Part shown: positions 1-8,309 of the stretch, one piece after another
Layout of the letters: every line of letters starts with the position of its first letter
Numbering within the stretch: the stretch's first letter is position 1
DNA from: an uncultured bacterium
Lineage (GTDB): Bacteria > Acidobacteriota > Aminicenantia > Aminicenantales > Saccharicenantaceae
DNA length: 64,000 bases
Assembly: GCA_963827635.1 (NCBI GenBank)
Contig: CAWHBV010000023.1
Location: forward strand, 4,840 to 68,839
Reading direction: 5' to 3'
Translations under genes and position numbers: made by a program
Notes under the pieces: model-generated
Databases searched by the model: none
Told to the model about the DNA's origin: nothing
What the model saw: only the letters and a program-made list of their open reading frames with translations

Positions 1-347
1 GGGGCATGTCCGAGCTCGGGCCGCTGACCTTCGGCGAACAGGACGACCTCATCTTCCTCGGCCGCGACCTGGCCGTGAACAAGAACTTCAGCGAGAAGAC
101 CGCCGAGCACATCGACGAGGAAGTCAAGAAGATCATCATGCGCTGCTACGACCGGACCCGCGAGCTGATCGAGAAGAACAAGGACAAGCTGGTCCGGATC
201 GCCGAGCTCCTCCTCGAGAAGGAGGCCATCGGCTCCGAGGAGGTCAACGCCATCGCCGGCGTCACGAAGGCGGAGCCCGCGGCTCCCGTCCCACACGCGG
301 CCCCCGCTCCGCCCGCGCCCTCCGTCGAAGGACCCAAGGAAAGCTGA
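1..347 (+). CDS. ftsH: ATP-dependent zinc metalloprotease FtsH, C-terminal fragment (5' end lies outside the window)
   Basis: The ORF is open from the window edge. The peptide GEQDDLIFLGRDLAVNKNFSEKTAEHIDEEVKKII...LLEKEAI resembles the FtsH M41 C-terminal region. folP follows, as in the conserved ftsH-folP arrangement. Confidence 0.85.
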   Translation, partial: GMSELGPLTFGEQDDLIFLGRDLAVNKNFSEKTAEHIDEEVKKIIMRCYDRTRELIEKNKDKLVRIAELLLEKEAIGSEEVNAIAGVTKAEPAAPVPHAAPAPPAPSVEGPKES

Positions 348-367
348 GCCCGGAAAGAGCGAGGACC

Positions 368-1264
368 ATGAATCGAGAGACGCGCCGCCTGGAGATCCGG
401 GGCCGTCGTTTCGACCTCGGTCCGCGCGCCTGGCTCATGGGCGTCCTCAACGTCACACCCGACTCCTTCTCCGACGGCGGGCTCTACGCCGACCCCGGAC
501 GGGCGGTCGAACGCGGGCTCGCGCTCGTCGCCGAGGGCGCGGACGTCGTCGACGTCGGCGGCGAGAGCACCCGCCCCGGCTCCCTCCCGGTCCCCGAGGC
601 CGAGGAGCTCCGGCGCGTCGTCCCGGTCGTCGAAGCCCTGCGCAGGCAGACGCCCGCCCTGATCTCCGTCGACACGACCAAGTCCGCCGTCGCCCGGGCC
701 GCCCTCGACGCCGGGGCCGACATCGTCAACGACACGAGCGCCCTCCGCTTCGACCCGGCCATGGCCGGCGTCGTGGCCCGGTCCGGCGCGGCCGTCGTCC
801 TCATGCACATGAAGGGCACGCCGCTGACGATGCAGGACGCCCCCGCCTACGACGACGTCGCGGGCGAGATCGCCGCCTTCCTCGACGACCGGATCCGCGT
901 CGCCGAGGCCGCCGGCATCCCGCGCGGGCGCGTCGTCGTCGACCCGGGCATCGGCTTCGGCAAGTCGTTCGAACACAACCTCGAGCTGCTGCGCCGCCAG
1001 GCGGTCTTCCACGCGCTCGGCCGGCCGCTCCTCGTGGGCTTTTCGCGCAAGGCGTTCCTCGGCCGCATCCTCGACCGGCCCCCGGACGAGAGGCTCGAGG
1101 GGACGATCGCCGCGGCCGTCCTCTCGGTCGAGCGCGGCGCCCACATCCTGCGGGTCCACGACGTCGGACCGGTCGCCCGGGCCGTCCGCGCGGCCGAGGC
1201 GATCCTCTTCGCCCCTGCCGGCGGCGCCCCCGCGGACGAAGGGAGGGCCGGCGATGTTCGCTGA
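368..1264 (+). CDS. folP: dihydropteroate synthase
   Basis: 298-aa ORF with pterin-binding motifs: GVLNVTPDSFSDGG, DVGGESTRPG, DIVNDTSA, DPGIGFGK. Confidence 0.9.
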   Translation: MNRETRRLEIRGRRFDLGPRAWLMGVLNVTPDSFSDGGLYADPGRAVERGLALVAEGADVVDVGGESTRPGSLPVPEAEELRRVVPVVEALRRQTPALISVDTTKSAVARAALDAGADIVNDTSALRFDPAMAGVVARSGAAVVLMHMKGTPLTMQDAPAYDDVAGEIAAFLDDRIRVAEAAGIPRGRVVVDPGIGFGKSFEHNLELLRRQAVFHALGRPLLVGFSRKAFLGRILDRPPDERLEGTIAAAVLSVERGAHILRVHDVGPVARAVRAAEAILFAPAGGAPADEGRAGDVR

Positions 1265-2027
1265 GATCTGGACGATCTTCCGTCAGATCACGGTGCTCGA
1301 CGTCGCCGACATCCTCCTCGTCGCCTTCATGATCTATTACATCATCGTCCTCATCCGGGACACAAAAGCCTACCAGGCGGCCGCCGGGCTGGCCCTGATC
1401 GGCGCCCTCTACCTCCTGACGGTGTGGGGGCACTTGGGCGTCTCGAACCGGATCATCCGGTCGTTCATCAACTACGTCATCATCGCCATCATCGTGCTCT
1501 TCCAGGCCGAGATCCGGAGGTTCCTGACCGAGATCGGCTCGCGGACGTTCCGCAAGCCCCTGGCCCTGCGCTCCTTCCAGGAGAAGATCGACGACCTCTT
1601 CCGGGCCATCGATTTCCTGTCCCAGAAGAAGATCGGGGCCCTGATCGCCATCGAGAAGGAGATCTCGCTGTCGACCTACGCCGACCGCGGCGCCGAGATC
1701 GACGCCGTCCTGTCCAAGAACCTGCTGGTCTCGATCTTCTTTCCGCACTCCCCCCTCCACGACGGAGCCGCCATCGTCAAGGGCGACCGGATCGTCGCGG
1801 CGGCCTGCCTGCTGCCCCTGCCGGCCGCGCACCGCCTGAGGAGCCCGTTCCAGACAAGGACGCGGCACCTGGCCGCCATCGGACTCTCGGAGGAGACGGA
1901 CGCGGCGGTCATCGTCATCTCCGAGGAGACCGGGACCGTCTCCCTGGCCATCAAGGGCCAGCTGGAGAGGTTCGAAGACAAGGACGCCATGGAAAAACGC
2001 CTGCTCGGCTACCTGAAGGACCGATGA
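1254..2027 (+). CDS. cdaA: diadenylate cyclase CdaA (c-di-AMP synthase)
   Basis: 257-aa ORF with N-terminal TM helices and a DAC domain (PLHDGAAIV, TRHLAAIGLSEETDA). The start overlaps the end of folP. Confidence 0.9.
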   Translation: MFAEIWTIFRQITVLDVADILLVAFMIYYIIVLIRDTKAYQAAAGLALIGALYLLTVWGHLGVSNRIIRSFINYVIIAIIVLFQAEIRRFLTEIGSRTFRKPLALRSFQEKIDDLFRAIDFLSQKKIGALIAIEKEISLSTYADRGAEIDAVLSKNLLVSIFFPHSPLHDGAAIVKGDRIVAAACLLPLPAAHRLRSPFQTRTRHLAAIGLSEETDAAVIVISEETGTVSLAIKGQLERFEDKDAMEKRLLGYLKDR

Positions 2028-2725
2028 GACATTACGTCCGCAGCCTGCTTGTCCGCGACTGGCAGCTGAAGCTCGTCTCGCTGGGCCTGGCCCTCGGGGT
2101 CTGGCTCCTCCTCGTCCCGGCCGAGAAGAAGTTCTCGGAAAAATCCCTGACCATCCCGCTCGAGACGCGCAACGTCCCGGCCGGGCTGGAGATCGTCGAG
2201 CGGCCGGCGGGGACGATCGACATCACGCTGCGGGCCCCCAACCGCCTCCTCGACGAGATCGGGCCCTCGGGCCTCGTCGCCCGGATCGACCTCGATCGGG
2301 CCACCGTCCTCCAGCAGGAGTATCCGTTGAACACGTCGATGATCGCCGTCCCGCCTGGCGCCGAGGTCGTCAAGATCTCTCCCGGCAAGGTGACCATCAA
2401 GCTGGAGCGGACGGCCGAGGCCACGGTCGACGTCCACCCCACCCTGCGCGGCCGGCCCGCCCCGGGTTTCCGCGTCGCCCGGACCGAGATCGAGCCCGCA
2501 AGCGCCGTCGTCCGGGGGCCGGAGAGCCGGGTCAAAGCCAACGAAGCCGCGACGACGGCCCCTGTCGACATCTCGGGTCTGACCGAATCGACCGTGTTCG
2601 AGGCCGATATCATCCTGCCCCGGCCGGAGCTCCGGCTCGTCTCCATGCCGACGAGCGCCCGGGTCACGATCCATCTCGAGCCGGACAAGGCCGCGGCCAA
2701 GAAAGCCGCGGTCAGGAAGAAATGA
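2024..2725 (+). CDS. cdaR: CdaA regulatory protein CdaR (YbbR-like domain protein)
   Basis: ATG at 2024 overlaps the cdaA stop (ATGA). It has an N-terminal TM (WQLKLVSLGLALGVWLLLV) followed by beta-rich YbbR-like repeats. It sits in the canonical position between cdaA and glmM. Confidence 0.7.
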   Translation: MRHYVRSLLVRDWQLKLVSLGLALGVWLLLVPAEKKFSEKSLTIPLETRNVPAGLEIVERPAGTIDITLRAPNRLLDEIGPSGLVARIDLDRATVLQQEYPLNTSMIAVPPGAEVVKISPGKVTIKLERTAEATVDVHPTLRGRPAPGFRVARTEIEPASAVVRGPESRVKANEAATTAPVDISGLTESTVFEADIILPRPELRLVSMPTSARVTIHLEPDKAAAKKAAVRKK

Positions 2726-4077
2726 GCGCCAAGAAGAAGCTCTTCGGCACCGACGGCGTGCGGGCCGTGGCCGGGACGTTCCCGCTCGATCCGCCGACCA
2801 TCGCCCGGCTCGGCACGGCCCTGGTCGAGCTCCTGGAGCGCAAAGGACTGGGTTCGAGGATCCTCATCGGCCGCGACACCCGCGAATCCGGGCCGTGGAT
2901 GGAGCGGGCCCTGGCCCGCGGCGTGCGCACCGCCGGCGGCGACGTCGTGTCGGCCGGCGTCATCCCGACCTCGGCCGTCTCCTACCTGACGAAGACGCAC
3001 GGCTTCGCGGCCGGGGCGGTCATCTCGGCCTCCCACAATCCCTTCCGGGACAACGGCATCAAGGTCTTCTCGCCGCAGGGGATCAAGATCCCCGACGAGT
3101 GGGAGCTCGAAATGGAAGCCGCCGTCCTCGAAGGGCGCGGCCGGCTGCCCGGCCACGAATCGGAGGTCGGGCTCGACGCGAAGCTGACCGGCGACTACGT
3201 CGACTACCTCGTGAGCCGCGTCCGGCTGACGCGGCCCCCGGCCGGCCTCCGGGTCGTCGTCGACTGCGCCAACGGCGCCAGCTCGGCGGTCGCGCCGCGC
3301 CTGCTGGCCGGGCTCGGCTTCGAGGTCGAGGCGCTCAACGCGGCGCCCGACGGCACGAACATCAACGCCGGCTGCGGCTCCCTCCACCCCGAGGGGCTGG
3401 CCGCGCGCGTCCGGGAGACCGGGGCGTCGATCGGGATCGCCTACGACGGGGACGCCGACCGGGCCCTCTGGGTGGACGAGGACGGCCGCCTGCTCAGCGG
3501 CGACCATACCCTGTTCGTCCAGGCCCTCCACATGAAAGAAGCGGGACGGCTCCGGACGGGCGAGGTCGTGGCCACGACCATGAGCAACATGGGCCTCGAA
3601 CGGGCCCTCGAAGAGAACGGCATCGGGCTCGTCCGGACCAAGGTCGGCGACAAGTACGTCCACGAGGAGATGGTCGCCCGCGGGGCCAACCTGGGCGGGG
3701 AGCAGTCGGGACACACGATCTTCCTCGACGATTTCCCGACCGGTGACGGCCTGCTGACCTCGCTGCGGATGCTCGAGGTCCTGGCGGACCGGGGCGGGAC
3801 GATGGCGGAGCTCGTCGCCGGGATGACCGAATTCCCGCAGACGCTGGTCAACGTCCGGGTCCGCAAGAAACCGGATTTCGCGGGCTACCCCGAGATCATG
3901 GCGGCGCTCGAGGTCGTCAAGGCCAACGTCGGCCGCGACGGCCGGATCGACCTCCGCTATTCGGGCACCGAGCCGCTGGCCCGGGTCATGGTCGAGGCGC
4001 GCGACCGGGCGACCGTCGATTCCTGCGCGATGCTGGTCGCCGACGCCGTCCGCCGGCACCTCGGCGAAAAAAACTAG
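2722..4077 (+). CDS. glmM: phosphoglucosamine mutase
   Basis: 451-aa ORF with the phosphoserine loop ISASHNPFRDNGIK, the metal site GIAYDGDADR and GGEQSGH. The start overlaps the cdaR stop. Confidence 0.92.
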   Translation: MSAKKKLFGTDGVRAVAGTFPLDPPTIARLGTALVELLERKGLGSRILIGRDTRESGPWMERALARGVRTAGGDVVSAGVIPTSAVSYLTKTHGFAAGAVISASHNPFRDNGIKVFSPQGIKIPDEWELEMEAAVLEGRGRLPGHESEVGLDAKLTGDYVDYLVSRVRLTRPPAGLRVVVDCANGASSAVAPRLLAGLGFEVEALNAAPDGTNINAGCGSLHPEGLAARVRETGASIGIAYDGDADRALWVDEDGRLLSGDHTLFVQALHMKEAGRLRTGEVVATTMSNMGLERALEENGIGLVRTKVGDKYVHEEMVARGANLGGEQSGHTIFLDDFPTGDGLLTSLRMLEVLADRGGTMAELVAGMTEFPQTLVNVRVRKKPDFAGYPEIMAALEVVKANVGRDGRIDLRYSGTEPLARVMVEARDRATVDSCAMLVADAVRRHLGEKN

Positions 4078-4095
4078 ACGCGTTCGGAGGACCCC

Positions 4096-4806
4096 ATGAG
4101 ACTGGCCGTCAACATCGACCATTTCGCGACGCTGCGGGAGGCCCGGAAGGCCGGCGAGCCCGAGCCGGTGCTGGTCGCCCTGCTCGCCGAGCAGGCCGGG
4201 GCCCACGGCATCGTCTGTCACATCCGGAGCGACCGGCGCCACATCAAGGAACGGGACCTCCGGCTCCTGCGGGCCGCCGTCAAGACCAAGCTCAACGTGG
4301 AGATGGCCGCGACGGAGGAGATGAAGGCCGTCGCCCTCGACATCAAGCCCGACGTCGTCTCGCTCGTCCCCGAACGGCCGGAGGAGCTGACGACCGAGGG
4401 CGGGCTGAAGGTCGTCGCCAACCGCAAGGCGCTCGGCCCCCACGTCAAGGCCTTGAAGAAGGCGGGCATCCGGACGAGCATCTTCATCGACACGAGCCTC
4501 GAGGAGATCGGCGCGGCCCGGGAGATCGGCGTCGACCTGGTCGAGATCAACACGGGGAAATACGCCGACCTCCGGGAGGGCCCGGAGCGGGACAAGGCGC
4601 TTGCGGCGGTCCGCAAGGCGGCGGAATACGGGCACAAGATCGGGCTCGAGGTCCACGGCGGGCACGGCCTCGACTACCGGAACGTCGGGCCGATCGTCGC
4701 CATCCCCGAGATCGCCGAGCTCAGCATCGGCTTCTCCATCGTCGCCCGGGCGGCCGTCGTCGGCATCGAACGCGCGGTCGAGGACATGCTCGCCCTGCTT
4801 TGGTAG
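4096..4806 (+). CDS. pdxJ: pyridoxine 5'-phosphate synthase
   Basis: 236-aa ORF. MRLAVNIDHFATLREAR, HIRSDRRHI and EVHGGHGL are typical PdxJ motifs. Confidence 0.92.
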   Translation: MRLAVNIDHFATLREARKAGEPEPVLVALLAEQAGAHGIVCHIRSDRRHIKERDLRLLRAAVKTKLNVEMAATEEMKAVALDIKPDVVSLVPERPEELTTEGGLKVVANRKALGPHVKALKKAGIRTSIFIDTSLEEIGAAREIGVDLVEINTGKYADLREGPERDKALAAVRKAAEYGHKIGLEVHGGHGLDYRNVGPIVAIPEIAELSIGFSIVARAAVVGIERAVEDMLALLW

Positions 4807-4814
4807 CGCCTATT

Positions 4815-4889
4815 GGGGACATGATACCCTGTCCCTTTCGCGCGAAATGGGGACAGGGTATCATGTCCCCGATTGTATGTCCCCGATTG
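4815..4889. repeat. near-perfect 56-bp palindrome followed by a tandem direct repeat
   Basis: Arms GGGGACATGATACCCTGTCCC (4815-4835) and GGGACAGGGTATCATGTCCCC (4850-4870) flank the palindromic loop TTTCGCGCGAAA. ATGTCCCCGATTG then occurs twice (4863-4875 and 4877-4889) and runs into the SD GGGAGG of the next gene. Confidence 0.85.
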
Positions 4890-4900
4890 GGAGGTTGACC

Positions 4901-6127
4901 ATGAACCTGCTGATCAACATCGACCGCCTGAGGGCCGACCTCGAGGAGCTCGGCCGGATCGGCCGGGACGCGCACGGCGGGGTCAGCCGGCCTTCGTTCA
5001 GCCCGGCCGACCTCGAGGCCCGGCGCTGGCTCCGGAAGAAGATCGAGGACGCCGGATTGTGCTACCGCCAGGACGGCGCGGGCAACCAGTTCGGACGCCT
5101 CGAATGCGCCGCGAAAACGGTCATGGCCGGCTCCCACATCGACACGGTCCCGGGCGGCGGCATGTTCGACGGCGCGGCCGGCGTGCTGGCGGCGCTCGAG
5201 GCCGCGCGCCGGATCGTCGAAGAGAAGGTCCCGCTCGCGAAGGCCCTCGAGGTCGCGTCGTTCACGGACGAGGAAGGGAATCTCGTCGGCGATTTCCTGG
5301 GCAGCCGGGCCTTCCTGGGCCGGCTCGACGAGAACGAGGTCCGGACCGGAAAGACCTCGTTCGGCATGCCCTTCGCGGAGGTCCTGAAGAAGACGGAATT
5401 CACGGCCGAGAGCATCCTCGCCGCCCACAAGGACCGGCCCGATCTCGACGCCTATCTCGAGCTCCACATCGAGCAGGGGCCCGTGCTCGAGGACGAGGGC
5501 GTCCCGATCGGCATCGTCGAGAGGATCTCCGGAAAGCACTACCGGCAGTGCGCCTTCGTCGGCGAGTCGGGCCACGCCGGGACGACGCCCCTCGAGCTCC
5601 GCCACGACGCCTTCCTCGGGCTGGCCGACTTCGCCCTCAAGGCGACACAGCACGTCGCGACGAAGCACTACGGCAGCATGCTGACCGTCGGCCGGGCCGC
5701 GCTGCACCCCGGTTCCTTCAGCGTCATCCCCGGACGGGCCGATTTCACCCTGGATTTCCGCAGCGCCGCGCCGGACGACCTGGCGGCGATCGAGAGGGAG
5801 GTCTTCGCGCTGGCCGAGGACATCGCTTCGACGCGGGGCCTGACGTTCGTGTCGCGCGTCGTCGACGCGACGACCCCCGTCGCCGTCGCGCCGCGCCTGC
5901 TGGGCCTTCTGGAAGAGGAGTGCCGGAGCCTCGGCTACGGATCGATGCGGATCACGAGCGGCGCCGGCCACGACGCCCAGATCCTCGCCGGCGCCTGCGA
6001 TTCCGGGATGATCTTCATTCCCTCGCCCGACGGCGTCAGCCATTCGCCGGCCGAGCGGGTGGACTGGGACGACCTCGAGAAGGGCGCCAACCTGCTCCTG
6101 CGGGCGCTGCTGAAGCTCGCCGCTTAG
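4901..6127 (+). CDS. M20-family Zn-dependent amidohydrolase (allantoate amidohydrolase / N-carbamoyl-L-amino-acid hydrolase family)
   Basis: ATG at 4901 follows the SD GGGAGG. The N-terminus (IDRLRADLEELGRIGRDAHGGVSRPSFS) and the motifs GSHIDTVPGGGMFDG, FTDEEG, AGHAGTTP and SGAGHDAQ are typical of this family. Confidence 0.8.
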   Translation: MNLLINIDRLRADLEELGRIGRDAHGGVSRPSFSPADLEARRWLRKKIEDAGLCYRQDGAGNQFGRLECAAKTVMAGSHIDTVPGGGMFDGAAGVLAALEAARRIVEEKVPLAKALEVASFTDEEGNLVGDFLGSRAFLGRLDENEVRTGKTSFGMPFAEVLKKTEFTAESILAAHKDRPDLDAYLELHIEQGPVLEDEGVPIGIVERISGKHYRQCAFVGESGHAGTTPLELRHDAFLGLADFALKATQHVATKHYGSMLTVGRAALHPGSFSVIPGRADFTLDFRSAAPDDLAAIEREVFALAEDIASTRGLTFVSRVVDATTPVAVAPRLLGLLEEECRSLGYGSMRITSGAGHDAQILAGACDSGMIFIPSPDGVSHSPAERVDWDDLEKGANLLLRALLKLAA

Positions 6128-6128
6128 C

Positions 6129-6196
6129 AAAGAAGGTACCAGGTCTTCGCATTTCCGCCTGGGAAGAGGCGTCTGCGAAGACCTGGTACCTTCTTT
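6129..6196. terminator. 23-bp perfect inverted repeat between convergent genes (candidate bidirectional terminator)
   Basis: AAAGAAGGTACCAGGTCTTCGCA (6129-6151) pairs with TGCGAAGACCTGGTACCTTCTTT (6174-6196). The loop is 22 nt. The repeat spans exactly from one stop codon to the other. Confidence 0.55.
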
Positions 6197-7395
6197 CAGC
6201 GGACGCCGCGGCCGAAGATCACGATCTTCCGCTCGCCGATGAGCGGCCAGCCGTTCTTCCAGTCGTACTCCTCGTATCCCTCGGGCATCGGGTTGATCCG
6301 GATGACGCAGGCCCCGCGGGCACCCGCGCCGGCGTTGTGGTCGATCCGGTCGGAATAGTCCCAGCCGTCGTCGTAGGTCTTGGCGTTGACGGACCGGTCC
6401 GGCCGGCCGGGCCGCCGGCGGTCGCCCATGACTTGCCGCTGGGGCTGGGCCAGCCGGTACGGACCCTCGCCGACGAGCCTGCCGGTCGCCTTCTCGTAAG
6501 CGGAAGGTTCCAGGGGCCTCCCCTCCCGCTCGTAGGCCAGGATGAGCCAGAGCGGGCCGGGGATGCGATGCCCGTTGGCGACCCCCGGCGGGACCGACTC
6601 CGGCTTCTCCAGGAGTGCTTTCTCGTCATCGCCGAAGACGAGCGGGGCGTCGTAATAGAACCCCTGCGGGAACGGGGCCGCGACGTCCTGGAGGCTGTGG
6701 TCGGTGCTGTATCCGTCCGGGGCGAAGACGGTGATGCCCGTGACTCCGGTCAAATCGACCTTCGCGGCCGAAAGGAGGTCGAGGACCCGGACGCCCTTGT
6801 AGGTCGCGTACTCGTCGCGCCGCTGCTGCGTCTTGTTCATGAGCATGAACTGGGTGTGGACGGGGAGCCCGCGGATCTCGTCCCAGCCGAGGACGACCGT
6901 GGGGGCCTGGGGCAGGCCGGGACGGCTGGCCGGATCGCCGGGATTGCGGAGGTCGGCGACTTCGATCCCGTTGGGCTTGCCGTCGCCGTCGGAATCGAGC
7001 CCGTCGATGGCCGCGAACGACCCGAACGCCCGGCCGGCCTTCTTGTAGTCGAGGCCGTAGGCGTTGAGCGTGGCCTCGTAGTCTCCCGGGACGCCTGTCT
7101 TGTATTTCGCGTTGGGAAAGACGATGAGGTGGCAATAGCTGCAGGGGCTGACCTCACGCTCCGTGTCGGTGCCGCGGACGCCGCCGCGGTGGCAGGTCTG
7201 GCAGTCGTCGAGGCGCGACCCGGCCGTCGCCGGATAGTGCCGGACGAAACCCCGCATGTCCGCGTCGTTCTCGTGGCCGACATAGGCCCGCGACGCCACG
7301 GTATCCTGGCCGGCCCGGGCGGCCAGCCACCCGCCGAAGCCGAGGACGAACGCGGCGAGAAGGACCATTCCCGCCGTCTTGAGCATGTTCTTCAT
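6196..7395 (-). CDS. secreted dihaem c-type cytochrome fused to a molybdopterin-oxidoreductase-like (SUOX-fold) domain, with a GEGP motif
   Basis: Start is ATG at 7395 after the SD GGAGGG (MKNMLKTAGMVLLAAF signal). There are two CxxCH motifs (CQTCH, CSYCH), a DSDGDGKPNG calcium-type repeat, and a C-terminal GEGPYRL motif. The upstream part of the 526-aa track ORF is non-coding extension. Confidence 0.6.
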   Translation of the reverse strand: MKNMLKTAGMVLLAAFVLGFGGWLAARAGQDTVASRAYVGHENDADMRGFVRHYPATAGSRLDDCQTCHRGGVRGTDTEREVSPCSYCHLIVFPNAKYKTGVPGDYEATLNAYGLDYKKAGRAFGSFAAIDGLDSDGDGKPNGIEVADLRNPGDPASRPGLPQAPTVVLGWDEIRGLPVHTQFMLMNKTQQRRDEYATYKGVRVLDLLSAAKVDLTGVTGITVFAPDGYSTDHSLQDVAAPFPQGFYYDAPLVFGDDEKALLEKPESVPPGVANGHRIPGPLWLILAYEREGRPLEPSAYEKATGRLVGEGPYRLAQPQRQVMGDRRRPGRPDRSVNAKTYDDGWDYSDRIDHNAGAGARGACVIRINPMPEGYEEYDWKNGWPLIGERKIVIFGRGVR

Positions 7396-7416
7396 GGCTT
7401 CCCTCCGAAGGGAGGC

Positions 7417-7455
7417 ATAGTACCATAAAACTCCGGGCCTCCGGTGTGGTACAAT
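7417..7455. promoter_or_regulatory. divergent extended -10 promoters
   Basis: Plus strand: TGGTACAAT (TACAAT at 7450-7455) upstream of the 7472 gene. Minus strand: TGGTACTAT (complement of 7417-7425) upstream of the 7395 start. Confidence 0.4.
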
Positions 7456-7471
7456 CGGAGGGGTGATTCCG

Positions 7472-8309
7472 ATGATCCGACGATCCGGCTTTCGTTCTCT
7501 TCCGGCGGTCTTTCTGTGTGCCTGTCTGGCCCAATTCGCGATGGCGCAAAAACCGGCCGTCCGGAGCCGGGAGGCCGCCGCGGCGGTCAAGGCCGACGGC
7601 GCGATCGGCGACTGGGCCGGGGCCGCGACCGTTCTCGATCCCCGATCGGGCATCGAGTTCTCCTTCCAGAACGACGGGCGCAAGCTCTGGATCCTCGCCG
7701 TCGTCAAGGACCCGGGAACGCTCGAATCCCTCGAATCCACGGGCATGACCGTCCTCGCCGGTCCGGCCAAGGGCAAGAAGCCGGCCCGGGGCGTCCTGTT
7801 CCTGGTCCGGCGGATCCCGGCCGAAAGCTACATCTACTGGCGCGAAAGCCAGGGCAAGCTCCTGTCCGACGCGGAAAAAGAGAAGATCCGGAAAGCCGGC
7901 CCCCAGGACGACACCTTCGCCTTCGCGGTGGGAGCGCGCGGCAGCACGCAGGGACCTCTCCGCAACAGTCGCGAGGGGACCCCGCCGGAATTCGGATTCT
8001 CCGGCGGCCCGGGCGGGGCGGTCTACGAGTTCGAGATCCCGCTCGATCGCCCCCGACCTCGTCCCCGGCGGCCTGGGCGCCCGGCCCGGCGAGAGCCTCC
8101 GGCTCGCCTTCGCCTGGGGCGGCGCCGCGAAGAAGATCCTCGGCACCAAGTCCGCCCGGGTGACGCCGCCCGCCGAACAGGGCGGCTTGTCCGGCGTCGC
8201 GACCCCGGCCCAGGATTTCCTCAACAACTTCGACTCTCTGTCCCGGCCCTTCCGGGGCACGCGGAAGTTCGCCTTCGCCGTCGAGCTGAAGCTGGCGGAC
8301 GCGCGTTAG
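7472..8309 (+). pseudogene. secreted hypothetical protein, frameshifted (+1 near 8050-8054)
   Basis: ATG at 7472 follows the SD GGAGGGG, with signal peptide MIRRSGFRSLPAVFLCACLAQFAMA. The coding frame continues after ...YEFEIPLDR as PDLVPGGLGARPGESLRLAFAWGG...FAFAVELKLADAR, stopping at 8307-8309, only if one C of the CCCCC run at 8050-8054 is skipped. Confidence 0.5.

Noticed and set aside
2032-4665. Very long ORFs antisense to, or out of frame with, recognised genes. Examples: 2032-4665 (-), 37709-42043 (-), 47199-50819 (+), 146-1159 (-), 42957-45215 (+, upstream part).
   Set aside because: Their translations are Arg/Pro/Gly-rich low-complexity sequence, typical of stop-poor alternative frames in GC-rich DNA. 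Each overlaps a gene with clear family motifs in another frame.
8046-8060. Programmed +1 ribosomal frameshifting as the explanation for the split genes
   Set aside because: About 27 sites lie in unrelated genes with no shared slippery or stimulatory sequence. None of the genes is known to use recoding (no prfB or dnaX here).
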